Below are positions 25,353-36,843 of a stretch of DNA of 64,000 nucleotides, piece after piece. The first letter of the stretch is position 1. Every line of letters begins with the position of its first letter. The notes beneath the pieces were generated by a model. That model was not told where the DNA came from. It saw nothing but the letters and a program-made list of their open reading frames with translations, and searched no databases. Made by a program: the position numbers and the translations under genes. This DNA comes from Lophium mytilinum. Taxonomy: Eukaryota. The DNA lies in contig MU004181.1 in NCBI GenBank assembly GCA_010093605.1, forward strand, positions 2,790,001-2,854,000, in the 5' to 3' direction.

Positions 25353-26027
25353 TCATCTCCGATTTCTGACATTGAACGGACTCTCCTCCGCCGCCTTATA
25401 CCCATCGAATGACGCCAAGCTCGTCAGATACAGCGCCACGAATCTAACCAGCATATCCATAACGCCTGGTCCGCCAAAGCCCCCCAAGCTCTGGCCCCAC
25501 GACTGCGCAACAGGCCGACTCGGTGCATCCGCTCCCCCGAGCGTATATCCCTTGGACTGGAACACGGCCGCAGTCTTCCCAGGGCCCTTTGCGGCATCCG
25601 CGGCGGCCTTGCGGACGGCGGCTGTGAGGGCGGGAGGATTTGCGCCGCGGATGGTGTCGACGACGGAGCCAGATTTGAAGATTAGGAAAGTGGGCATGCT
25701 GTAATGTTCTTGTTAGTAGAAGTTCGTGGGATGGGTAAGTAGTGAAAGCTCATAGTTGAGGTTGGCGGCGAACGCGGAAGAGACATCCAGAATTACGTAC
25801 GCTGAAACTGAGTACTTCTGCGCAACATCTTGCTGCGCGTCGACATCTACCTTGCAGAAAGCTACACGTCCTGGCTTTGCTTCTGCTGTCGCGAGCTTGT
25901 CGAATACGGGTGCGATGGCTTTGCAGGGACCGCACCAGTCCGCATGGAAGTCAACAATAACATAGGAGTTCGAGGTCAGGAGAGTGTTGAAGTGCGCAGA
26001 CGAAGTGACGATAGTGATCTTCGACAT
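25353..26027 (-). CDS. Thioredoxin with C-terminal extension, 2 exons
   Basis: [23 protein letters not shown]; intron 25699-25800 (GTACGT...CTAAC...CAG); about 80-aa tail with a hydrophobic helix. Confidence 0.9.
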
Positions 26028-26342
26028 GTTTGCTAGTAGGTGTGGGGTTTCTGGGAGATCTCATGCGGGTTGAAGTGGTTTGACCACATTGCGCGAGGTA
26101 AGCTTCAAGGACACGAATCAGCTAGATATCACGTGCTACTTTATCCCGAGTCATGAACTCAACACCACCACTCCTGGTTGATAACGACTTATCGTGAAGC
26201 TTTACACTCTTCGCTGACTTTTTTTCTTCACAAAACCCCAAACGGGAACAATTCAATGTCTCTAGACCTTATAGCCTAGTACTGTATATCTTGCCACAAC
26301 CTCATACTATTTCCACATCCCATACTCTCCAAGACCGCAACC

Positions 26343-27356
26343 ATGACCTCAAAAGCTTCATTTATCGCCGGCCTTCCAAAAGCCGAGCTCCACCTCCACA
26401 TCGAAGGTACCCTAGAGCCAGCCCTCGTCCGACAACTAGCGTCCCGCAACAAAATTCCCATCCCCGACGCCATATCCTCCCTAACATCCACCTCTTCCGG
26501 CTACACCTTCAACGACCTCACCTCCTTCCTAGCCGTCTACTACCCAAACATGGCCGTCCTACTCACCTCCACCGACTTCTTCGATATGGCCTACGCCTAC
26601 CTGACCAAAGCCCACTCCCAGAACGTCATCCACGCGGAGATCTTCTTCGACCCGCAAGCGCACACGTCACGGGGCGTGCCATTCTCCACCGTCATCAGCG
26701 GCCTGCGCCAAGCAATCATCAAAGCAGAACGAGAACTGGGGATGAGTGCGAGCTTGATCATGTGTTTTCTCCGCGACATGTCGCCCGAATTTGCGATGGC
26801 GACGCTCACTGAAGCACTGCCGTATAAAGACTACATCATCGGCGTCGGTCTCGACTCCGACGAACGCCAGAACCCGCCGGCCAAGTTTGCGGCAGTGTTT
26901 GCAAGAGCACGGCAGGAAGGGTGGTTGGTGACCTGCCACTGCGACATCGATCAGCAGGATAGCATTAAGCACATCCGTCAGGTGTTGAATGAGATTCAGG
27001 TTGACCGGATCGATCACGGGACGAACATTGTTGAAGATGCTAGTCTCGTGGAGTTGGTGAAGGAGAAGAGAATTGGGTTAACGTGTTGCCCGGTTAGTAA
27101 TTCCGTTGTTACTAAGGACTTCAAAGGGGAGGAAATTTTGCAGCTGTTGCGGGCTGGGGTGAAGGTGACGGTGAATTCGGATGATCCGGCTTACTTTAGG
27201 GGGTACATGAATGAGAATCTAATGAAGACGATGGACGAGACAGATATCACGAGAGAGGAGATTGTGCAGTTGCAGCGGAATGCATTTGAGGTGGCTTGGA
27301 TTTCGGAAAGAAAGAGAGAACGGTTCTTGGGGCTGTTAGATAGTCATGCAAAGTAG
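26343..27356 (+). CDS. Adenine/adenosine deaminase-family amidohydrolase, intronless, atypical active-site motif
   Basis: LPKAELHLHIEGTLEP, EIFFDPQAH, CFLRD, RIDHG, CPVSN, NSDDPAYF; HCDIDQ sits where HAGEE is expected. Confidence 0.9.
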   Translation: MTSKASFIAGLPKAELHLHIEGTLEPALVRQLASRNKIPIPDAISSLTSTSSGYTFNDLTSFLAVYYPNMAVLLTSTDFFDMAYAYLTKAHSQNVIHAEIFFDPQAHTSRGVPFSTVISGLRQAIIKAERELGMSASLIMCFLRDMSPEFAMATLTEALPYKDYIIGVGLDSDERQNPPAKFAAVFARARQEGWLVTCHCDIDQQDSIKHIRQVLNEIQVDRIDHGTNIVEDASLVELVKEKRIGLTCCPVSNSVVTKDFKGEEILQLLRAGVKVTVNSDDPAYFRGYMNENLMKTMDETDITREEIVQLQRNAFEVAWISERKRERFLGLLDSHAK

Positions 27357-27621
27357 GTCCGTCTTCGTTGATTGGCACTTGGATTACTCTCTGAGATAAG
27401 TACCCTGGGGAAGCCTATTCGTCGACCAAGCCATGCCTATATGAAAGCATTCCCTATGCTTACATCGACGTTCGGAAGGAAAGAGCCTGTACGCCAGCCA
27501 TGATGCACGCCGTACACCTTTTGCAATACCCTAACCAATGCCCATAATCGCCCATAACCCAATACACTGTCATATACACGTTTCCCAAAGACCTCCAGCT
27601 CCGCTTTTTGTAAGCGACATA

Positions 27622-29221
27622 TCACCGCCTCTTCATCTCATACACGTTCTTTCTCCACCTACCCTGCCCGTCCCCACTTTCTCTTCTCATTTGCACCTCT
27701 GTCTTGAACTCTCGTTCCACCACAATCGTATTCGGCGGCGGGGATCCCATCGCCCCCTCTTCGTCCATGTCTTTCTCCCGCTCCTGCGTCTCGACCTTAT
27801 TCCAAAACTCTGCCGGCTTCGCCTGCGTTATCCCTTCGCGTGCAAGCCCGAGCCCGTCTGTTGTGAGCTCTTCTTGCGAAGTTGATGGGGGTAACGGGAG
27901 CCAGCGGTTGGGGGATTCGTCACCGAGTACAGGGCGTCCGCTGAGGGAGATAGACGGCACCGTGAAGCGCGAAGGACGAGAGCTGGATTGTTCGGTGGGC
28001 TTGGTTTTGGAGGAAGCTTCTTCCTTTCGTAGTTTTCGGACCATGTGGTAAATGATTGGGAGATTGTTGCATAAAATACCACCCAGCGGCTCATAGACGC
28101 TGTATGCACCAAGGGGAACAGCCGCCCATGTAAAATCAGGGTCGCCGTGGTTCAATACGACTCGTAATCTGAGGCAGGAGACTACGCAGGTGCTGCGGGT
28201 TGGTCGGTTAATTTGGGACGTTCTGACATATCAAAAACACGCATGTCCATGAGAGCGAAAATGAGAAGGGAGAGAACGTACGCAAGGCCGATGGAGAATA
28301 TGAAGCAGAGTGCTATCTTCTTGTTCCGGGGAAGTTGTAACCGCAGGATGACTGGGACCGGTAACAAGAAGACCCATATGTCGGTGACCAGATTTGAGAT
28401 ATTGGTGAAATACGTAAAGGTATCTGGGAAAGGGTGTCAGTTTCACACTAATTATCTAATTCAGAGATGTTAACGGCTGACCTATGTTTAGGCATTTTCC
28501 CTTTACTCTGTCATCCCAGTACGCATTGATCGGAATACAGAAGACCGCCCAAGCGACCGTTATGCCAATGCCCCATGATAGGACGAAGGCGGCCGTCCCA
28601 AGGACGACGCGTCGGAAAATGGGTTGCACGAAGACCCTATAGTAAAATGCTAGGATGGCTAACTTTACAGTAGCTAGAGCAATGCTTCAAATCAGTCAGC
28701 GTAGCTCCGTCAAGTAAATGGTAGAATAATGTGCACCCACTCGTAAAAGTGACTTAGAACATAATCCCCTTTGCGGAATGTCATCAGATCGTACGCTGAC
28801 ACGGCGGTCACATGGCGACCCTGTAGCATAGCCATGTAAGTAGATAGACTACGTGTAGGGCATATGGGAAGTGCCTACCATACCATGAGGAGGTCCATAT
28901 CCGAGTCCGGAAGCACACTCGCCCACTAGACATATCTACTCCTGTCAGTATAATGTCGGAAATTCTATACACCATAACATGGGTTTATTGATCTCAGCTC
29001 TTTCAAGAAATGTTAGAGGCACGTACTGTTGCGAAGGTGATCAGATAATCATCCAGAGTAATCCCGTTTCTTCCTGCCTTCTTCGCCCATAGTCTCAAGG
29101 CGGTCGTGATAATAGAAACGGGAATCGGCACTGAATAGGCCCAATTTATTGCAGTGGCGCGACTGTCGTTCTTGTGGAGTTCTAGCCACGCGAGCTTCTC
29201 CGGCGTGAAAGGGCTAGCCAT
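27622..29221 (-). CDS. PTH11/SAT4-like integral membrane protein (fungal rhodopsin domain), multi-exon
   Basis: TALRLWAK...ITLDDYLI, HGMGRH, VKLAILAFYYRVF, FCIPINAYWD, LLPVPVILRLQL, EPLGGILCNNLP; no CFEM domain seen. Confidence 0.85.
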
Positions 29222-30870
29222 GCGCGCCAAGCTACACAAAAGATCGTGATCGAATCAACGAGCACAGAAAGCTATACGAATGGGAAAAACAAGGTTAACA
29301 GTGACGCAGAGAGCGGGACAGTCTCTTGGTAAAGGTCAAAGCATAGCCCTCGTGACCAACATGTCGAAAGGCGTGTTCGAAGACCGGAGGTTTGCAAACG
29401 GCGGCGCATTCGCAATGTAGCAGGGCGTACTGACTACACTTATTACGGAGACGGAGGGGAAATCGCCATCGAGAGTCGAGACGGGAACTACGGCCGGGGC
29501 TCTAGGTGCTGCCAGACCTTGGTTTGCTCGACCCCCATGCAACGCAGTCGCGTTCAAACAAATGGCGGAATCGAACGATCGTTAAAAAGGCCTGCATTTT
29601 TGTGTCGCGCCTGGTAAGAGCAAAAGGTAACGGCATGATTGGGTGAGAAAGATGTCTCGCAAGGGTGGCGCCGCGGATACGACGGGTAGGGTTATATGAA
29701 TGCCCAGGATAGACGAGCAGGACCAAGGGCGAGCTGCCTGTTTTCGGTCGCGAGCCTGACCAGGCGGCGGCATTGGGATTGGGCCCCTGGAAAGATGCTG
29801 TTGCACTACATCTGCCGCATAAATTAGGCTGCATGTGAGAAACCGGCAGCACTGGTGCGGAGCCGGTCAGAGAAGGCCGACCGTCCGGCGGTAGCTGGGC
29901 TCGGGAAAGCACGCAAGCGGTGAGTTGTACATACAAAGGTACAGTGAGGCTGTTATAGGTGGTGACGACTTTGTTCATCGCGAGCTGGGTTAATGCGCTT
30001 CGATGCCTTTGGTCTCTTCGTAGATCAAATAGATGGCAATGCTGGATCAAACTGCCATCGCGCTCCACATGAAGCACCCGAACCTAGCTCTGTGCGTCCC
30101 GAGGGATTGAGGAGGATGCATTAGCATGGTGAACCTGGGATCGAGCGAGAGAGGTTGGTGGTGGGCCAATGCGTCGGGCATTCGATTTCTTAACGCCACC
30201 ACCGTAACATCCCGTCCCTCCGATCCGCCTTTTGCCCAGCTGCTCCCGTTCATACGTTTGTATCTCTATGACAAGTCTTTAGCCTCATACAGCTGTGCTG
30301 TAGCCAGCGACTCCCAAGCCCTCTAAAAGGCTTCCGTGAACGCTGGCGAACTCGGTATTTGTTTGTTGCATTCGTCCGTTGATTAAAGCGGGATTTTTCT
30401 TAGCGGCTGTCAGCTTTGTGAGGAAAGAGGGGTGCAAATCCTCTGCGTGGGATGATCCCCGTGGGATACTACTCTCAGACTGCAGAACGACTGGTGCTCA
30501 TCGGAGGGAGGCTAAGGTGGACTCAATGCGCCGTCACCCCGGTCCAACGTCCGTTAGACTCCCTGGCTCCAATCTCCACCACCTTTTAATATGTGACAGG
30601 GAAATCTCCAACTGTGGATTCAAAGAACTCGGGTGTTTATGACGAGATAGGAAGTCCGGGATGAAGCTGGGAACAAGACTGCGGAATGTTCCATAGTTGG
30701 ACTTGATGCCTTAATGCGATGAAACGCTTGAGGGTGCTTGGTAGGACGAAACACGGGGCCAAAACGGGCTCTAGAATACTATATACAGTCGAAGAGAATC
30801 CCTTCTATCTGAATCGAGACTCGTACTTCTGACCGAGTCCGATCACTCAAAATTTATTCTTCTGAGCTCT

Positions 30871-33014
30871 TTACACCGGCACTTTCGCCGCAACACTCTT
30901 CCACCAATTACATCGGTCTCCACGGCCCCCTTCCCAGCTTCTGGCATTCACCAATTTGAACGAGTTCGTGATTCCGGGCTCCAGCACCACATTGTATTTG
31001 AGGTGATCAGTCACCACAACTGGTGTGACGACGCCCCCTGTCGTATTCAGACTCATCATGTTTGGATTTTGTGGAGTGTATTTAGGCCAGTTAATCTGCC
31101 CATAGCCTCCCACGGGAACAGTCGCGTTCGCTAGTCCGTCTTTCGCGTCGGCAACTGAAATCACTGGCGAGTTTTGCGTGATGAAGCTACCCCAGATCTT
31201 CTGGAAGGCGTGGATAAAGGATGTCCCCGGCACAGAGGCACCATCACTCCAGTATGCACTCAAGTCGGCGCCATGGTAAGCGGGTACCACGCTGTACTGA
31301 TACTTCCAGGCTTCAGAGAATGCCTCCGCGAGCCAATATGACGGGCACACGAACGTGGATTCTGCGAATACGTTGAAAAGTCTCTGTTGTTGCCCTGTCG
31401 CAAAACCAGATTGGTTTACTGCAGTGGGTCCGGTGTCTCCCAAAGTGTCGAAGACGGGGTCTTTAGGATCCACAGAGGAGTGATCACCTGCGTAGGCATA
31501 CTCGTCTTGCAGTGATGAGACATCAGACTTCGTGAACGACGGGAATGTGGTATCTGTTGATAATCAACATCTGGAGCACTGCTTCTAGGAACTTCAACGA
31601 CTGCTTACCCACGTAGTCCAGGAATCCTTGTTCCGTGGTGACGTCGGGCGGGCTAAGAGGCACGCCTTCGTTCGCGTTGTTCTAGACAAGTCAGTATCAA
31701 AGAGACGTATTTGAGGGTACAGTTCTTACCCCGGAGAGAATACGCTTTCCCTGCAGCTTTTTCGTCAAGAGCTGAACGGTAGGCCGCTGTTGGATGAAGC
31801 TTCCATCGATAACGGGCAGGAAAGCAAAGGTACCAAAGGCTCCGGATTCAGAGACAGTCCCACTAGCGTTTTGAAGTGCAGCAGTGTCTGCCTTCACTAG
31901 ACATTGAAATACTGATTTCGCCGAGGCACACCCGGCAGCTTTCGCAAATGCTTTGTAGTGTGTAACCGGGACTGGGTCGCTGTATGTGTAGACGCTCGGC
32001 ACCTGATTATAGTCAGCAACTGAAACCTTATCTCGATAGATCAAGCTCAGGGATAGTTACCCATGGGGACGCTGCGATAATCTGACACGAATTAGCTAAC
32101 AGCCAAGACCATTAAAGGACCAGAGGGGCCTACATTTTGGAAAAGAGTCTTGTCCTTGCCCCCATATGCCATTGCTTGGTACATAACAGCTCCAGCTCCA
32201 GCACTCTCGCCTCCAATGGTTACCCTGCTTGGATCTCCGCCGAATTTCTGAATGTACTTCTGAACCCATTGGAGGGCGAAATTCATGTCCAGTAGCCCAG
32301 CATTGAGCGTACCCGACGCCTTGACGTCTGGAGAAGACAGGAAACCGAATGCGCCTAAGCGGTACTGAATCACGACGGTGATGAAGTTGCCACCATTTTC
32401 TTGTATCATCGGACCCTGGCAGCTGTTAGAGAACTGGAGGGATAACCATCCAAAAGAACTTACGGCATTCAGTCCCTGCGCTGAGAAAAGGGCGTATCCG
32501 CCTCCATCTACAAACGATTAGAAGGGGCTTGTGAGATTTGCGTCAGAGAACCCACGAATCCAAAAGAAGACGGGCAGATTCTTCGCATTTGGCGGCGCAT
32601 AGACATTGAGGAATAAGCAGTCCTCGTCGCCAGGCCCCGAGTTGAATCCGTACGCAGGAGGAGTACCAGCGGCACCGGACTGAGGGCAAATTGGTGGGTC
32701 TTCTGCTGCCGAGATGATTGTTGCGTTCTTCACAGGAGCTTGGGGTGCTTGCCAGCGCAGTTTGCCGACAGGCGCGGCCGCCTTGGGGGTTGTGTTAGTT
32801 TTGAAAAACGCAAGACAGAGGCGGTATTTACATAGCGAATGCCCTTGAAAACATTGACCGAGTAGTTGGAATCCAGATAGCCCTGATACTTGGAGTAGCC
32901 AAGATCCACCACCGGCGACGCGACAGCACGCGCAGCAGCAGGAATGGGCTCTGCTAAGACAGCATTGAGTGACGAAAGCGCACCGAGAGTCCTTAGGAAC
33001 GATGCGAATTTCAT
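30871..33014 (-). CDS. Secreted type-B carboxylesterase/lipase, multi-exon
   Basis: Signal peptide MKFASFL..., VVDLGY, FKGIRY, EDCLFLNVY, QYRLGAFGFL, FGGDPSRVTIGGESAGA (catalytic Ser), YHGADL (catalytic His). Confidence 0.92.
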
Positions 33015-33769
33015 CTTAGCCGGCCCGGGTGCGTCCAACAGCTCAAAGACTCCCAGGAAAATCAGTCGAAGGTGTAGAAGGAAACAGGAACTAGGCCCAT
33101 GGAGAAGATGCGCAGAGATGTACCCTGCGTGCAGTGGTATCCCAGTTCGTCCGTTCCGACGGGTCTCCGTCCCACATGGTGATTACACGACCCTCAGTTC
33201 GCGCGGGCAGGGAGTGGCATCATGTCCCTGTGCTTCTTTCCTGCAGGTCCGAGGCGAAGGAGCTGGGCGTCGGTTGTGTAGATGCATGCAGAAGGTCTCA
33301 TGAATCGCACGTCGGGGCGCCCATCCGTGCAGGGAACCAAGCCGCTTGATGGACGGAGCTTGCCTTCTTTCTCCTCTTCGAAGATAGTCGCGTCCGCATC
33401 CATGCCCTCGGGAGTGCACAAGACACAAGGGCTGACCAAGACAAGGATCAGCTGTATGAAACTACTCACGTGACGTACTTACCGTCCTAGGTTTAGCGAA
33501 CTTTTAACTAGTTCTATGTAGAGTAGAAGTCGCTGAAGCCCTTTCGATCCAGCAGATACAGTCCTATTGCTACCGGAACAATCGCTAAATGTACGGACAA
33601 CTCTATGCAATTCCACACAGGCGGAGAGAAGAGGCGATAGCGAGTATATATTATTATCGAGTCTAAATCAACCACTACTATCCAAAAAATCGCTACTCCA
33701 ACCTTTACCTGCCCTGTCTTTCTGTAGAATCAGTTCTCCCTCTTCCCTCTATCAAGCATCTGTAGTCTT

Positions 33770-36228
33770 CTAAGCAAACATGGCATGTTCCCATCCGAAC
33801 CACTTATTCATCCTCTTTCCCATAGATCTTATCATGACCGAATCAATCTTTGTAACGGGATGTGGTTTGTGAAAGACGATACGACCCTCCCATCCCCGAG
33901 GGTTACCCTTGATAGGCTCGAAAACCACAGCGGAACCACCACCATGGCTGGCAGAGAAATGCAGCTCAGCCATAGCATTAACAAAGTCGTTCCATTCGAC
34001 GGACTTAGAGGACTCCTCAGTGATGCTTGGATACATCATCGATATGATGTCCAACGTCCGTTGGCGCACGGTGATCTTGGGCTGTTGAGATTGCCGAGGG
34101 ACGTCTTCTGCTTCACGTATGATCTTGATCGGCTCCGCAGTCTCATTGGGCCGAGTCTTGACCTTGGCTTTCGATTCTGCAGATCGCGATTCCTTCTCTG
34201 TGTCAGCCTTACCCCAGAAGGACTGAGGCGCTTTCGAATCCTCTTCTTCCTTTCGTTGGACTTCAATCAAGACATTCCGCCGCTCTGCCTCGATGGCAGC
34301 TTTGTACTGCGGAGTAGTTTCAGCGCAAAGCACCTGACTATCTTCGTCAATATCTTTTGGCACTGCTTTTCCATACGTGTCGTAAAACGATACGAGAATC
34401 ATTCTCCAGATGGAGTTTTGCATTTTGCGACTTTCTTCCTCGGCCAGTAGCCAATTTCTATTCTTCGTGAGTCCTGGCTGCGGGAGCTCCGAGAACTTTT
34501 CGAGAAGGTTTCCTATCGCGTGGTTTGGGGCCCATGAAAGTTCCAGATCCCGATTTGAGGCCATTCTACACCTGAAATATCTGAAAGCTTTGCGGTCATC
34601 AGTCACCTTCATGATGTCTCGTGCTCGGTATAAAGGTCGATGTAACCGAACCATCCCCAACATGTAGGCATTGGCAGAGAAGTTGGACAGCTTTTCGTAC
34701 AGCAGAGAGTCGATGCGAGCCTTTTCCTTCGGCGGACTGTTGAGAGATGCTCATCCAGAAACGCAAAGACCATTTCGAAGGGGTAGCGCCTTTGCGAATC
34801 GGGATCTCCCTGCAATTGGAGCAAGCACCAATGGAGGGGATCTCGCTCGTACTCGTCTTCTATAGGAGTCGCCTGCTTTCTACGGAAAAAGAACTCGCCG
34901 GGCGAAGAACCACGTTCAGGTTCCCAGATGTGGCGGAAACCAGGCCTCTGCGGGACAAGCGCAGTTATTTGTTTTGCCCTGCTGTGCATCAAGTTGACAA
35001 GTACAAGCTCCAAAGCACCCAACGCGTCTTCGTACCTAGGAGGTAGGCGCTGTCCAGGATGAATGCTGTCTCTGAATCGAAGGTACTGCTCTTGAACATT
35101 CCTGCACTCCACTAGAACCCACTGCCACCAGAGGTATTCGTGGAAGTCTTGAAAGATTTCTCCAGCCAATCCGATGCCCACGACATTTGGGTCTCGGAGA
35201 GCTGGATTCTTATAGACTGCACAGTCTCTCACTATCTTGAGGTGCCGACTTAGGTATTTGGAATCCGTCTGAAGAAGCCACAAATGGTCACCCATCGCTT
35301 CGACTCTACTTTGAGCAATAGCCAGTAATGCATCAATGTTGAAGACTGGCGGGGCCGAAAAGGGTTGGTGGGTAAAGGGAGACCAGACTTCCAAGCTGCC
35401 AGATTGTTTGAAGCCTCCTTGAGTGAGCTCTATCCATTTGCTCGAAGACCCTGGCTTTCCGAGGTCAACACCATCCAATATTTCGGTGACAAGATTACGC
35501 AGGAACTTCATGAGGCGACCCTGAGCTTCCATGATAAGCCGTCCCCTAGGAAACCCAATAATGTCTGCCCTATGAGCAGCAGCCGCGTCGAAGTTGGCCG
35601 TCTCTCCATAATGTGTTCCTTGGACAGACACACAGAGATCTGAGAATTCTGGGTACATGAATCCTTGGAACCATGGCACAACAAATTGACGGCTGTCATA
35701 GGGCGCCCATTCCTGGGGATGGTAATGGGCCCTATTGTGGAGAAGGCTAAGGAAAAGGGCCGGGTCCGATTTGAGGCCTTCGACACTTAGGTATGGCAGC
35801 AAGAATGTCTTGCGTTCTCTGCGACCTTCCTTCCAGGACGGGAAGTTAGCCATGTATCGGAACGTAAACCACTTATGTTCGCACAAGGTAGGGTTTGCTT
35901 TTAGTATCCATGCTTCGCGTTTATCGCGGCTTCGTTTCTTCCAGCGGCTCAGGATTGTGTCTCCATGTGACGCACAGACTTCTTGCAGGTATTTACGGTC
36001 CTCGAAAATCTGGGTTTGATAGTGCGATATCATCTTTTTGACCTCTTCCGCAGCTACTCGAGTCTCGTAGGCCTGGCGGTCTACACTCTGTTCCTCTCGC
36101 GTGTACCAAAATTCTTGACAGTCTAGGCAGTCGCATGGCGGATCATAAATGGAGAAGGTAGACTCTATAAAACGCACATTGTCTTCGCCGGGGGCTTTGC
36201 GCATTGGGAGGTGGTTATCTACACGCAT
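33770..36228 (-). CDS. Large uncharacterised fungal protein with a C-terminal HicA-like module; split by a 1-nt frameshift at about 34740 (pseudogenised allele or sequence error)
   Basis: The 566-aa and 297-aa ORFs join into about 820 aa if one base is restored at CTCTCAACAGT (…EHLS-NSPPKEKARIDSLLYEKLS…). C-terminus WNDFVNAM…GGGSAVVF…FHKPHP. Confidence 0.75.
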
Positions 36229-36843
36229 TGTTGCAGAGGTTAGGGGTTTATGGTCGGGCAAGGGGGTATGATGTTGAGACGGGATGAACTTAAAAAGACG
36301 GAAAATCAATCCTCCGGCGTTAAGATAGTATTCACGCCACCTTATTGGACGAAAATAGTAACTAAGCCTTATAGGAGCAGACTTCGGCTGCTGCTCTCTG
36401 TCAATTTCTATTATTTGTAGCTTTCTTATTTGATCGTTCTTCTTTCGAGCTACTGCATGGCGATAACACTCGTCCTGTATATGGATACTTTAATGGTAAG
36501 CGTAGAGTTGTGATTCATCTTGCGGTCAACAGCTAATAAATACTTAACCCAGTGCACTTCATTGCCCACTTAGATCCGATACGAGCGATGATAGAACTAG
36601 TCTTTCTGTTGATTGCAGGCTGTAGCGTCTGATATTAGGTGGAAGACCACTCTAATATACAGGAATGGACCCAAGTTTGCTACCGTGATTGCTTGCTGTG
36701 GTGATTGTCCTAATCTAACACTTTCGGGCACTGGGAAACTATAGAAGTTTGGCGGATACCTCTCAATATTTTTTAAAAGCCCTAAAACTACCTCCCACTT
36801 TCTCGCCATGCCACATTTTGAATCGAAGCCGTTCCAATATCTT

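Noticed and set aside
29336..30642. ORFs up to 191 aa upstream of the PTH11-like gene
   Set aside because: Composition looks random; most likely promoter or intergenic DNA.
17405..33014. Secondary-metabolite cluster (MFS pump, PTH11-like, esterase, deaminase)
   Set aside because: No PKS, NRPS, terpene synthase or cluster transcription factor; the genes are functionally unrelated.
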